Shown piece after piece: positions 51,106 to 64,000 of a DNA stretch of 64,000 nucleotides. This DNA is from Hemiscyllium ocellatum (taxonomy: Eukaryota). The position numbers and the translations under genes were made by a program. The notes under the pieces are model-generated. The model did not search any database. It was given only the letters and a program-made list of their open reading frames with translations, and was not told where the DNA came from. The stretch spans positions 124,001 to 188,000 of the forward strand of contig NW_026869034.1 of the NCBI RefSeq assembly GCF_020745735.1. Reading direction: 5' to 3'. How positions within the stretch are numbered: position 1 is the first letter of the stretch; each line of letters starts with the position of its first letter.

Positions 51106-53339
51106 GAGTGTTCAGTCTGTGAACGTGCAATTGATCAATAACCACAAAATTAATGTCAAATTAAAATGGTTGCTGGGTCTTTAACTTATTGTCAGGCATT
51201 AAAATTACAGAAGTCTCACAATACTGCATTTCAAGTACTGAGCAGATTATTTAATGAAACAAGGTCATACTTCAAATGACAAACTGCACAAGATGGTGAA
51301 TATTTCTTTAAAATTCCTCAATACTTTTACATGAAATGACACTGAGCGCCAAAGCAAATTGCCAACTGTGGTGGCAGCAGGAGGCAACAGAGAAAGTAGC
51401 AGGCACAAGGAGTGAAACCATTTCTTCAACACTTTGCATTTGCCACACAGTCTAGAAATTTCAGTCTGAGATAAACTCAACAATTTATCGCTCTATTGCT
51501 GCTTGTCCTCCACTAAGTACTCAGCATTTCTTGTTCCAAGGGAGAAGGGAGAAAATGTGTCAACAATTGAGAAGCCATTTCTTCATGAATGTACTGTGAT
51601 TGGGAATTGTGTCCATGCCATTTTTGTGTGATATGTCTTATCGAGTAGCATAAAGCACGGAAACATTGAAATCTTCATGAAACGAATTCTGATGATCAAA
51701 CATATGACCACCCTTTGTCGACTTGTTGTTTCGCAAATGAAGCATAACATGGTCATACACTGGAGCAAACTTACTTTTTGACCGTCACTTTCTTTTCTTT
51801 TGAATTTAAATTGCCAACTTCCTCAGAATTTAGACAGAATTTGGACTCCATGTTTGTCTCACAGCTTCAATTGAACGCAAGAACAAATTTAGAAACTTCA
51901 AACAAGCATTTTCAACTATAATTAAAGAGGGGGCTTGATATAGCACTTGTGGCAAATGGGATCGAATATTATGGGGAGAAAGCTATTGAGTTGGACAATC
52001 AACCATGATCGTGATGAATGGCACAGCACACTCGAAGGATTGCATGGCCTCCTCCTGCTCCTATTTTCGATGTTTCTAAACTGGTTTAAATACTCAAAAA
52101 AAACTGAAGTTTAAGGATTATAGGCCTTCATCACATGATTTAGGTGAACGGGTTACACACGAGATATTTTAGTCAGCATATAAAGTTAGTCCATATGATC
52201 TCCTAGTATCGTTGCTTGAGGCTGAGATTACAGTAGATTAGAAGCTTTCCTACCACTAAGATGAATCTGTTTGTTGGACTTATCCAGACAACTTTGAACA
52301 AAAATATTTTAAATGTTGTGATTCTCCAGTCTCTGATTCCATACCTGTATTTGAACTGGATTAGTTTGTTGTGGACATTACCACTGTAGCTTCAATATTA
52401 CTTTTCCCTATATCAGAAGTTGTCTCCAATTCAGTTGTTATCAGTTACCAACACTCTATGAATATCAGCCTTTCTTATTGAAGAAGAAATTGCAGCAGAA
52501 TTCTGCTTTCTCACCACAAATGCTGCCAGGCCTGCTGAGATTCTCCAGCAGTTTCATTTTTGTTTCAGATTTCCAGCATCGTCAATTTTATTTTATTTTA
52601 GCCTTTCTAAAATTCTGTCAAACTTCATCTCATCTAAGTATCAATTGCATATTTTTTTCACCATGAATTTGACATCAACTTCCTCTTCATAATGCCTTAG
52701 CCAGGTCCCTGCCTCTATGAAGTTTAAACAGGGTATGTATGATCATTGGCCACAATCATTGTTTTGCTACGCTTTCACTGTTTGTGACGAAGGATGACTT
52801 TTGGATTCCCTTTTAATTTTAGTTGCCAGTCTCCTTTACTCTTCACGTCCCCACTGAACTGTCTATATTTCGCACTGGGGTTATCAACAATCCGTATCCA
52901 TTGCAAAATAATCCAGACAATTAGAGTTTTGTTTTTGACACCATTTCCTGCTGGTGGAAATGATAAGCTGCACTGTAGAACTGTAGCTGAACATTTCCCA
53001 AAATTTGTGCTCAAATGTCCTTGTTCAAATGCCCTCTTGCAGTATTGAAATCAGGCCCACTCCACCTCAGAATTATTCTGATTTGTTCTTTGTTCATTTT
53101 ATACACAAGCTTATATATTTTCATACAATGATAAATGCTTCCTGAACTGATCCCAGTCTAATATTTAATGCAGTTTATGCATATTGTGTGCATGCGCACA
53201 GGTTATGAACTTGGTTGTGCGGATTGAAGGTATCATTAGGATTCTAAACTTTTTAAATAGGAAACGTCACATGGAAAATAAGGAAATTGTGACAAAAGTT
53301 TATTAAAAAACCTGCTTTTCCATCACAGCTAGTATCCAT

Positions 53340-53800
53340 GCTGCATGCTTCAGGAAGGGACTTGAGAAGGTGCACAAAAGATACACAAACATGTTACCAG
53401 AGATGAACAACTGGACGACTGTGTGGCTAGTTTGAAGAAGCTCGGACTGCTTTTCATGGAGAAGAGAAAATGAAAAAGACATTTTATAAGTGTTCAAAGT
53501 TATGAGGGATTTCGACAGAGCAGAGTAAAAGGGTTTGGGAGTGCATCTGGATTGGTTACTATTTGAAGGGTTGGTGTCGACTTGTTGGGCCAAGTGGCCT
53601 GATTCCATACTGGATGCATTCTTCTTTAAAAAGCCCTGAGAAGAAAAGGACACGGTTAAAACGAATTCTTTTTTGAAAGAAACAGCATAGTTTGGAAACT
53701 GGATTGTTCTGCCTAATAGTGTAGTGGTGGAGGCACCTTCCATGGAGTTGTTCAAAAGAAATCCGCAATTTTCATCAGGAGAAGTTTTGCAGTATAAAAT
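53340..53800 (+). mobile_element. Decayed CR1-type LINE 3' ORF fragment
   Basis: Remnant LEKVHKRYTNMLPEM...LKKLGLLFME. Confidence 0.55.
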
Positions 53801-53829
53801 AGTAAAAGGACTTGGTAGCGAACGTACCA

Positions 53830-56010
53830 TGTCCCCACGCCGATCGCCGCCCCCACGCCTAACCCCGTCCCCACACCTAATCCCGCCCCCACTCCCAACT
53901 CCAATCCCACACCCGGTCCTAGCTCCTAGCTCCTAGCCCTGCCGTATTTTCACCATCCCTCCAGACCTCCCCTTCTCTGAGGATGAAAGATTAGTCATCA
54001 GCAGAGACCTCACCTTCATCCCCCTACGCTCCCAGATTAACAAATTCAACACGCGGCAAGACATCGAGCATTACTTCTGCCGCCTTCGCCTCCGTGCCTA
54101 TTTCTTCAAACAGGACTCCCGCCCACCCTCTGACGACCCCTTCTCCCGCATCCAACACACTCCATCCACCTGGGCACCTCGTCCTGGCCTCTTAACCGCC
54201 CTCGATCTCTTCATTGCCAACTGACACCGTGACATTTACCACCTCAACCTGTCAACCTCTCTCACCCAGTCCAACCTCTCACCCTCGCAAGATGCATCCC
54301 TCCACTCCCTCCGCTCCAACCCCAACCTCAGCATCAAACTGGCATAAAAGGGAGGCACGGTGCTTGTTTGCTGCACCGATCTTTATATTTCTGAGGCTAA
54401 ACACCAGCTCACGGACACATCCTCCTGCTGCCCCCATGACGATGACCCCACCTCCCACCACCAAACCATCATCTCCCAGACCATCCATAACCTCATCACC
54501 TCAGGCGATCTCCCATCCACTGCCTCCAACCTCATAGTCCCACAAGCCCCGCTACCCCCTGCCCAAAATCCACAAATCTGCCTGCGACGACTGACAAATT
54601 GTTTCAGCCTGCTCCTGCCCCACCAAACTCATTTCTGTGTACTTTGAGACGGTCTTGTCCCCCTCAGTCCAAGAACTCTCCATCTACAAGCCCTCGATCT
54701 CCTCCATAATTTTCGCTTCCCCGGCCCCCAATGCCATATCTTCACCATGGACATCCAGTGCCTATACAACTCCATCCCCCATCATGAAGGCCTCAGAGCA
54801 TTCTGCTTCTTCCTTTCCCGACGAACCAACCAGTACCCTTCTACTGACAACTTCCTTTGACTGACTGAACTGGTCCTCACTCTGAACAACTTCTCTTTCC
54901 AATCCTCCCACTTCCTCCAAACTAAAGGAGTAGCCATGGGCACCCGCATGGGCTCCAGCTATGCCTGCCTCTTCGTTGGATATGTGGAACAGTCCATCTT
55001 CTGCAGCTTCACTGACATCACCCCCCACCTTTTCCTCCGCTACATCGATAACTGTATCGGCACTACCTCGTTCTCCCACGAGGAGGTTGAACAGTTCATT
55101 CAATTTACTAACCCCTTCCACCCCGACCCCAAATTTACCTGGACCATCTCAGACTGCTGGCTCCTCTTTCTAGACCTCTCCATTTCTATCTCGGACGACC
55201 GACTCTACACGGACATTTACTATAAACGGTCTGACTCCCACAGCAACCTAGTTTACACCTACTCCCACCCTGCCCCCTGTATCAATGCTATCCCATATTC
55301 CCAATTCCTTCGCCTTCGCCGCATCTGCTCCCAGGTGGACCAATTCCAATACCGAAACACTCAGATGGTCTCCTTCTTCAAAGACCACAATATCCCCTCA
55401 GACGTGGTTGACGATGCTCTCAACCACGTCTACTCCAATTGCCGCTCTTCCGTCCTTGATCCCCGCCCCTCCAATCGCCACCAGGACAAAACCCACTGAT
55501 CCTCACCTACCACCCCAAAGCCTCCAGATACATCGTATCATCCTTCGTCATTTTCGCTACCTTCAAACAGATCCAACCACAAAGAATATATTCCCTCCCC
55601 ACCACTATCAGCATTCCTGAAAGACCACTCCATCCGCGACTCCTCATCAGATCCACACACCCCACCAACCCAACCTCCACTCTCAGCATCTTCCGCTGCA
55701 ACTGACCAGAATGCAAAACTTGCACCCACCCCTCCCCCTCACTTCCCTCCAAGGCCCCAAGGGATCTTTCCATATCCGTCAGAAATTCACCTGCACCACC
55801 TTCCGTCTATCGTATTCCCAATGCCCCTCTCTGAAGTCCCTCCTCCCTACCTTTTATCTTAGCCTGCTTGGCAAACCCTCTTCATTCCTGAAGAAGGGCT
55901 TATACTCGTAACGTCGATTCACATGTTCCTTTGATGCTGCCTGACCTGCTGCGCTTTTCCAACAACACATTTTTCAGCTCTGATCTCCAGCATCTGCAGT
56001 TCTCATTTTC
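53830..56010 (+). mobile_element. Penelope-like element, large decayed fragment (RT) with 3' tail
   Basis: LVLTLNNFSFQSSHFLQTKGVAMGTRMGSSYACLFVGYVEQ...FLRYIDNCIG...YYKRSDSHS. Tail CCTGAAGAAGGGCTTATACTCGTAACGTCG...GATGCTGCCTGACCTGCTGCGC at about 55887. Confidence 0.88.
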
Positions 56011-58212
56011 TCTGATTAGCGATCGTAGGCAAGCTCCTCTTCGAGAGCTGATACGAACATGATCAAATCATTGTCTCCGTGTTGTTAACATTGATGGTTA
56101 TTTAACATTGCACAAACTGCCAGCTCTCCAGTGATTTCCTAATGGTTTGCCATATTCTGAAATAATGACTATCTTAGTCATGCAGTCAACTTAACTTACT
56201 TTGCAATTACTTCACTTGATCCAGGAAAACCTGCATTCCCATTTCCCTCACCGTTTGCACTGACAATGTCTCCAGAATTGTAATTCATCGAAGTGCACAG
56301 ATTAATCATTTAACATAAGTAAACTTATCCAGAATTAACTCCAAAACAATTCATCAAAAAAATAATAATCGCAGACTTGATAGTCAGTATTCTACGCCTG
56401 GTTAACGAGTTTTATTAAGTTAGTCAATGACTGTGCAAGATAATCGTGTTGGTATAGGGTTCTTTTGATTTCCACAGGATGGCGACAGTACACCACAATG
56501 AGGCAATACTGCGGTTGTGATGTGGAAGAGACAGCACAGAGGGAAAGGAAGAGAAAACCATTTCTTCAGCATGTCACCCTTGTTCATAGTAATTTCTGGG
56601 CAATGCAAGACCTTCATACTGAAATACAAGCAAAATTCAAGCGACCACTGAAAAACTTTAGATGTTTTGTGCTGATTCAAAATTGACCTCTCAAAATGAA
56701 CCAACATTTCTGAACTAGTCAAGCAGTTGTTTTCTGTGATTGTTCTCATCTGTGCTGGTGTTCACCACGCTGCCATGTGATGCCTTCGTGAGGCAATCCT
56801 GACATAATCTTAGAACGACTGCCAGAACTTTCCATTCACATTATTGATACTAAATATAGCAGATTTCATCTGACCTCAGAACAAACGTACTTGCCAACCC
56901 ATTTCCTTTAGCTTCTGGCAAACGCAGGTTTCCACCTAATTCACGGTGTGACTTAACAACATTTTCACAGCTGCAACTGGTCATGAAGTACCAGTTTAAT
57001 CAGTTTAAGTATGTCCATGATCACAATGTTAATATTTGGCACTTCATAACACCATTCAGAGTTTCCGCTGTGAGGGCAAGAACTGGTGGGTGTGGAATAA
57101 AGAGGTCTGCACTGGAACAGAGGGAAAACATACCACATGCAAGGATTTAAGTTTAACTTCATTACTTCGGAAAAAAAACTCAAGCTCTTTATACACTATT
57201 GCTCATTTATCCCTTACACGAACAAATGTTCGATTCAGAAGGCGAATACAGTAATTTGTCATTATTCAAATTCACTGAAGCTTCATGTCATATTCGCCAG
57301 TACTGGCTGTTTTGTTGAAAAGAGAATTTTATTCCTTTTCCTTTCCTGCTCCTCCATCCGTTCGGAGTTCACTGAAAGTTCTTGCCATAATAAACACAGG
57401 AGTAATTACACATCTCTGACCTAGAGCAGTGTAATGACCTTAATAATTAAACTTCTAATACTTGATGATATCAGTGAAACGGTGAGGATGTGCTGCTGCC
57501 TGTATTGAACTCGCCATGGAAGACGTTTATAAGCTTGATTCAAACAAATAGGAATTACTTGGGAAAGGGCTTGAATCCGTGGATACGCATGGCAGCTGGC
57601 CAACTGAGATTATAAAAAATGCAAAGCATTCAATGGAGACACTGAATGGGAGATAAACCCAGGCGAGGGGACCAGGAGTCGGTCACAGTCTGCAGCCATA
57701 TTTCTTCAAATGTCATCAAGTGTTGGAGGCCATGGCAATATTTTTGGAGGTTATGTCGAGTGGGGGATGTGGGAGTGAGGGATGAGCAGGAAAGAGAAAC
57801 AAAGAGAAACGATGAGGTAGGGTGAGGGAGAGGAAACCATTTCATTAGTATTATAACGACAGACAGCTTCCAAATGAGGCCTTGCAGAGGCGACTTGGGC
57901 TATTTCAGGAATCCGTGGTGTCCTGTGACACCAGCGCATCTTTGAACCGGCCCGCCTGCACAAGGAATGCAAACGCGGTACTGCTTTTTGTGGAAGATTC
58001 AGAACGCGGTAACTACACTCTGAAGCAGAATGTCATATGATCAGACCCAGGTTGGAGAAACAACTTTACAATGCTTTGCAAACTAACTTAATGGAATTGC
58101 ATTACATTTCAGGAAGAGAGCAAATTTGTTCGAGCAATTTCGAAGGCAGGTTTTGCAGATGGGAAAAGAAACAAGAAAGTCCATGTAAAAGGCTGTAGTT
58201 GAAGAATAAAGC

Positions 58213-58285
58213 AGTCTCTGCCCAGTTTCGAAGTGAGGACCTTTCGCGGGTGAGGCGAACGTGATGACCGCTATACTACAGAAAC
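58213..58285 (-). tRNA. tRNA-Val(CAC)-like, probably pseudogene (unit 1)
   Basis: Reverse complement GTTTCTGTAGTATAGCGGTCATCACGTTCGCCT CAC CCGCGAAAGGTCCTCACTTCGAAACTGGGCAGAGAC. Val body with mismatches in the acceptor, D and T stems. Confidence 0.8.
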
Positions 58286-58579
58286 AAACCGCTGGCAGTC
58301 GCGCTGCGGCTCTGTGGCATCCAGCACTGAAAGTTGAAGACATTTTCCGTTCCACCTTTCTTTTTTTAATAGCTTATTGTTGTCCAGGGTAATTGACATC
58401 TTGAAAAAGTTAAGAAAAAAAGAGGGACGTGAAATTGGGGACAAATTATTAGCAAGGATGTCGTCAATGTTTGGACTGTAGAGTGAGGTGGAATAGGCTG
58501 GGACAATTTTCCTGACAGCGTCACGGCTGCGAAATGATTTTATGGAAGGGTTGTGAACTGAGCATTTACGTGTTTTACC

Positions 58580-58850
58580 CAAGCTGGGGTGAGTAGGAAA
58601 CTCGAGAGCACAGGTTTAAGGTGGGTGGTCTGAAATTGACAAAGCACCTGAGGCACATTTCCCACACACAAGGTTATGGGTGTATGGAATGAGCTACCAG
58701 AGGTAGTGGAGGAGGCTATTGCACTCAGAAAATTGCAATAATTGCACCAGAAACTAATAGAATGGGTTCAGAGAGATTGAGGCCAAAGGCTGTGGAATGG
58801 GACTTGTTTAATTTTGGCTGTGCGGTGAGCATGGATGAGATACACCGAAG
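58580..58850 (+). mobile_element. CR1 3' fragment embedded in the repeat unit (unit 2 copy about 61740-62010)
   Basis: GCACAGGTTTAAGGTG...TGGAATGAGCTACCAGAGGTAGTGGAGGAGG...GCATGGATGAG. Confidence 0.65.
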
Positions 58851-59759
58851 AATCTGTTTCCACGCGATGTACCCCAATAACGTTGTGTTGCTTACACCGG
58901 TTTTAAAGGATTACTTTTTAGCGGAGCTTGCCTTCACAGTCTGCGGCACAATCATTTAGTCTGTTCGACTGCTCACAGGAAAGGTAGTATTGTGACACAC
59001 TGCAGAAACGAACGACTTCCTAACTTTTGCTGTGACTGACCATACTTAGTGCAATTTTCCCAGATTCTCAATTGAGGATTTTTGCTGCTGCAAGTTACCT
59101 CAGAAACCTTGTAAACTCGTTATGTATTGAGCGAATCGCAAACAGAAAGCAATTAACACGGAACACAAACAAAACTGGCATACCTAATGCATGTTGAGAA
59201 ACAGCGAAGCATGAATGCTAAATGTGAGACATTCCGAGGGCATGACGCATAAAATAATCTCACAACTAACAACAGGGCAATTCCAAGCTACTCTTTCAAA
59301 CATACTGCAGCCTTAGTGCACCACCACTTCCCAGACAATGCTAAAAAGAGAGTAAGAAAGAATATAACAAGTAGGGGCCATACAATGTCAATCACAGTCT
59401 CGATTAGATTACCTCACCCTAGCGAAGTCTCTAGGATGGAAATGAAGGAAGTGGGAAAAGTTCAATAACATATGTATTGGAATGATTTTACCATTCGGCA
59501 TAAAGGCAAATAACGATGAATCGACTCACCACAGGACTTTGTTTCACAACAGCGATGAAATAACAGTCTCAACTTGCTTGGAACGTAAAGCAACAGTTGC
59601 GCTATTTGCGATTTTAAGCACGGAAGGCGAACACCATTATACCAGCAGAGAAACTTCACAATATTCAGCACGTTCTCAAACCACAGTCAATTCACCAGAG
59701 AGCTAACCAATTTTATTTTTGCTTCACAATGCTGCGGCAGGGGAGTTGATCAGCAGAAA

Positions 59760-59841
59760 TGGCAGAGGTGGCATTCCAACCCACGACCCTTTCGAGACTG
59801 GAACCTGGATTCAACGCCTTAGACGACTTGGCCACACTACC
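59760..59841 (-). tRNA. tRNA-Leu(CAG)-like pseudogene (unit 1)
   Basis: Reverse complement GGTAGTGTGGCCAAGTCGTCTAAGGCGTTGAATC CAG GTTCCAGTCTCGAAAGGGTCGTGGGTTGGAATGCCACCTCTGCCA; 82 nt, long variable arm, damaged A and B boxes. Confidence 0.8.
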
Positions 59842-60533
59842 AGCAAGCCACGTTCCCATTTTCTTGCATTTCCAATTGTGCCCCTGCATAACAACAGATG
59901 GAAAGTCACATGCAAAGTGTTCCATGGTCCCTCTCCGACTCGCACAGCTGCTGGGATGTGCCCTTCTCCAATGTCAATTTCGCAGCAGATAACGAAAGCC
60001 CATCAATCCAGACAAAAATCAATAGTAAGTCTACCTTCTCAGACCCTTTTCAGCTACAAATGTATCTGTGACTGCGTGAGAATATATTTCGGTTATGATG
60101 TGGTCAAATAACCATGAGCTGCTTGACATTACTTCAATTTCGATTCTTGCTTTGCTAAATGATTTCACCCATTGCTCGAAACAGGACAACTTTCACGTTT
60201 ACACGGAACACGAAACACACCAGACGACAGGGAAAATGCACAGAGCTGAGCAGGCCGTATTCACATCATACCGTGCAGCATAGTTTCAGTCACTGTGTCT
60301 GTTCGAGATGCCACTTTCCTTGTGTTTTACCTTAACCGTGCAATTTACTGCAGAGATGTTCAGACCTGGACATGAGCCACATGGATATCAACTGAGTTGG
60401 AAACCTGTGTGGGAATCGACAAGAAGCGACTCAAGAAATTTTGCTAAACTCCATGGTGCTTATTAGAAATGCAGTTTCTGTCCAAGTCAATCGAAAATGC
60501 AGTTTCTGAAATAGTAACAGAAGTTACTGCTCA

Positions 60534-60564
60534 CCCCCCCCCCCCCCACACACACACACACACA
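60534..60564 (+). repeat. poly-C plus (CA)n microsatellite
   Basis: C-run followed by (CA)n; absent from the equivalent position in unit 2. Confidence 0.9.
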
Positions 60565-61373
60565 GGGAAAGGTGCTAACTGCCCTTGAGTGCTTTTTGTT
60601 CTCGATGTGAAGAGCTCTCACGCATGAGTTACCTTCACGTCTCTTGTTGCTGAGTGACTCACAAAGAAGGAATTTCACCAGAGCTGCAACTGCCTCACTT
60701 TCCCACTCGCTCTCCCCGTTTACATTTTCCTGCTCGTCAGTGATTTAAAGAAAACCAAAAGGATGCGATGTCATTCTGTAACCTCTCTGTCGATTCCTCC
60801 GTTTCAGTTCCAACACGGCTTAGATCTCAGGACACACCTTAATTCTAGCGATGTTATGAAAGCACAAGTCCAAATTTTCCTCTGAGAGTGTAATTTCTTT
60901 CATTGCTGTTGCTGATTGAATGAGTCACTAACGTGCGAACTGATCCAAACCATGATTCAACACATCTGCTGCCAATTCTCGCACGTTGAATAACGACAGA
61001 CAGCTTCCAAACGAGGCCTTGCAGAGACGACTTTGGGCTACGTTTGACAGACAGACTAGTTCAGGAATCCGTGGTGTACTGTGACACCAGCGCATCAGGT
61101 TCTTTGAACCGGCCCGGCTGCACAAGAAATGCAAACGCGGTACTGCTTTTTGTGGATGAGTCAGAACGCGGTAACTACACTCTGAAGCAGAATGTCATAT
61201 GATCAGACACAGGTTGGACAAAAACTTTATAATGCTTTGCAAACTAATTTAATGGAATTGCATTACATTTCACGAAGAGAGCAGATTTGTTCGATCAATT
61301 TCGAAGGCAGGTTTTGCAGATGGGAAAGCAAGCAAGAAATTCCATGTAAAACGCTGCAGTTGAAGAACAATGC

Positions 61374-61446
61374 AGTTTCTGCCCAGTTTAGGACTGGGGA
61401 CCTTTCGCGTGTGAGGCGAATGTGATGACCGCTACGCTACAGAAAC
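61374..61446 (-). tRNA. tRNA-Val(CAC)-like, probably pseudogene (unit 2)
   Basis: Reverse complement GTTTCTGTAGCGTAGCGGTCATCACATTCGCCT CAC ACGCGAAAGGTCCCCAGTCCTAAACTGGGCAGAAAC. Acceptor and anticodon stems are perfect, but the T-loop is TCCTAAA instead of TTCGAAA. Confidence 0.8.
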
Positions 61447-62931
61447 AAGCTGCCGGCGGTGACCCTGCGGCTCTGTGGCATCCAGCACTGAAAGATGAAG
61501 ACATTTTCCGTTTCGCCTTTCTTTTTCCAGTAGCTCATTGTTGTCCAGGGTAATTTACATCTTGAAAAAGTTAACAAAAAAAGAGGGAGGTGAAATTGGT
61601 GACAAAATATAGACAGGGATGTCGTCAATGGTTGGACTGTAGAGGGAGGTGGAATAGGCTGGGACAATTTTCCCGACAGCGTCACGGCTGCGGAATGATT
61701 TTATGGAAGGGTTGTGAACTGAGCATTTACGTGTTTTACCCAAGCTGGGGTGAGTTGGAAACTCGAGAGCATAGGTTTAAGGTGAGTGGTCTGAAATTGA
61801 CAAAGGGCCTGAGGCACATTTCCCACACACAAGGTTGTGCGTGTATGGAATGAGCTACCAGAGGAAATGGAGGAGGCTATTGCACTCAGAAAATTGCAAT
61901 AATTGCACCAGAAACTGATCGGATGGTTTCAGAGGGATTGAAGCCAAATGCTGGGGAATGGGACTTGTTTAATTTTGGCTGTGCGGTGAGCATTGATGAG
62001 ATACACCGAAGTATCTGTTTCCACGTGGTGTACCCCAATAGCCTTGTGTTGCTTACACCGGTTTTAAAGGATTACTTTTTTAGAGGAGCTCGCCTTCGCA
62101 GCCTGTGGCACAATCATTTAGTCTGTTCGACTGCTCACGGGAAAGGTAGTACTGTGAAACACTGCAGAAACGAACGACTTCCTTACTTTTGCTGTGACTG
62201 ACCATACTTCGTGCAATTTTCCCAGATCCTCAGTTGAGGATTTTTGCTGCTGCAAGTTACCTCAGAAACCCTATTAACTCGTTATGTATTGAGCGAATCG
62301 CAAACAGAAAGCATTTAACACGGAACACAAACAAAACTGGCATACCTAATGCATGTTGAGACACAGCGAAGCATGAATGCTAAATGGGAGACAGTCCGAG
62401 GGCATGAGGCATAAAATAATCTCACAACTAACAACAGGACAATTCCAAACTACTCTTTCAAATATACTGCAGCCTTAGTGCACCACCACTTCCCAGACAA
62501 TGCTGAAAAGAGAGAAAGAAAGAATATAACAAGTAGGGGCTATAAAAAAGTGAATTTCATCAATCACAGTCCCGATTAGATTACCTTACCCTTCCGATGT
62601 CTCTAGGATGGAAATGAAGGAAATGGGAGAAGTTCAATAACATATGCATTGGAGCTATTTTGCCATTTTCCATAGAGGCAAATAACGATGAATCGACTCA
62701 CCACAGGACTTTGTTTCACAACAGCGATGAAATAACAGTCTCAACTTGCTTGGAACGTAAAGCAACAGTTGCATAGTTGGCGATTTTCTGCACGGAAGGC
62801 TAACACCACTATAACAGCAGAAAACCTTCACAATATTCAGCACGTTCTCACAACACAGTCTATTCCCCTGGGAGCTAACCAATTTTATTTTTGCTTCACA
62901 AGGCTGTGGCAGGGGAGATGATCAGCAGAAA

Positions 62932-63013
62932 TGGCAGTGGTGGGATTTCAACCCACGACCCTTTCGAGACTGGAATGTGGATTCAGCGCCTTAGACCGCT
63001 CGGCCACACTACC
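62932..63013 (-). tRNA. tRNA-Leu-body gene with CAC at the anticodon position, probably pseudogene (unit 2)
   Basis: Reverse complement GGTAGTGTGGCCGAGCGGTCTAAGGCGCTGAATC CAC ATTCCAGTCTCGAAAGGGTCGTGGGTTGAAATCCCACCACTGCCA. Confidence 0.8.
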
Positions 63014-64000
63014 AGCCGGCAAAATATCAGCCAGCCACGCTCCCCATTTTCTTGCATTTCCAATTGTGCCCCTGCATAACAACAGATGGAAAGTCACAAG
63101 CAAAGTGTTCCACGGTCCCTCTCCGACTCGCACAGCTGCTGGGATGTGCCCTGCTCCAATGTCAATTTCGCAGCAGATAACGAAAGCCCATCAATCCGGA
63201 CAAAAATCAATAGTAAGCTGAGTCTATCTTTTCAGACTCTTTTCAGCTACAAATATATCTGTGACTGCGTGAGAATATATGTTCGGTTATGAATTGGTCA
63301 AATAACCATGAGCTGCTTGACATTACTTCAATTTCGATTCTTGTTTTGTTGAATGATTTCACCCATTGCTCGAAACAGGACAACTTTCACGTTTACACGG
63401 AATACGAAGCACACCGGACTACAGGGAAAATGCACAAAGCTGAGCAGGCCGTGTTCACATCATACCGTGCAGCATAGTTTCAGTCACTGTGTCTGTTCGA
63501 GATGCCACTTTCCTTGCGTTTTACCTTAACCGTGCAATTTACTGCAGAGATGTTCACACCTGGACATGAGCCACATGGATATAACTGAGTTGGAAACCTG
63601 TGTGGGAATCGACAAGAAGCGACTCAAGAAATTTTGCTAAACTCCATGGTGCTTATTAGAAATGCAGTTTCTGTCCAAGTCAATCGAAAAGGCAGTTTCT
63701 GAACACAGTAACAGAAGTTACTGCTCACCCTACCCCCACTCCGGGAGAGGTGCTAACTGCCCTTGACTGCTTTTTGTTCTCGATGTGAAGAGCTCTCACC
63801 CATGAGTCACCTTCACGTCTCTTGTTGCTGAGTGACTCACAAAGAAGGAGTTTCACCAGAGCTGCAACTGCCTCACTTTCCCACTCGCCCTCCCGTTTAC
63901 ATTTTCCTGCTCGTCAGTGATTTAAAGAAAACCAAAAGGATGCGATGTCATTCTGTAGCCTCTCTGTCGATTCCTCCGTTTCAGTTCCAACACGGCTTAG

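Larger units (their letters stand above)
57853..60989. repeat. tRNA-bearing tandem repeat, unit 1 (~3.14-3.18 kb period)
   Basis: ATAACGACAGACAGCTTCCAAA at 57853 and 60990; homologous positions 58213/61374, 59760/62932 and 60785/63961. Roughly 90% identity by eye. Confidence 0.93.
60990..64000. repeat. tRNA-bearing tandem repeat, unit 2 (runs off the window)
   Basis: Colinear with unit 1 up to the last base of the window. Confidence 0.93.

Noticed and set aside
51361-57850. Recurrent GAAACCATTTC motif (about 51415, 56554, 57836) as older units of the tRNA repeat
   Set aside because: Similarity is limited to a few short patches; no tRNA remnants or colinearity could be seen.

Overview
Eukaryotic DNA from a cartilaginous fish (shark-type sequence), covering an immunoglobulin heavy-chain cluster locus on the + strand. 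The central cluster reads: leader (20185) - IgM-type VH already fused in the germline to D1 and D2 (VDD; only a 12-RSS remains) - 23-RSS/JH (21057) - 12.2 kb J-C intron - four IgW-type constant exons (CH1 33311, CH2 38612, CH5-like 40840, CH6-like + secretory tail 41606) - TM1/TM2 (44465-44739). The cluster is a pseudogene: frameshift and nonsense codon in V, frameshift and Cys loss in CH2, Trp loss in the CH5-like exon. The most unusual feature is an IgM-class V/D/J module joined to IgW-class constant exons in genomic DNA, with no recognisable CH3/CH4. Positions 1-8877 are a near-identical second copy of 39740-48613 that ends at a 13-N gap, so they may be an assembly/haplotype overlap rather than a real paralog. 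Introns and flanks are rich in CR1-type LINE fragments, HE1/V-SINE-like elements and Penelope-like elements (PLEs) with hammerhead-ribozyme motifs, including a 1.9 kb inverted-arm PLE with a 13-bp TSD in the CH1-CH2 intron. The window ends in a ~3.15 kb tandem repeat carrying degenerate tRNA-Val and tRNA-Leu genes. Family assignments come from recalled shark Ig and repeat sequences, not database searches, and identities are by-eye estimates.
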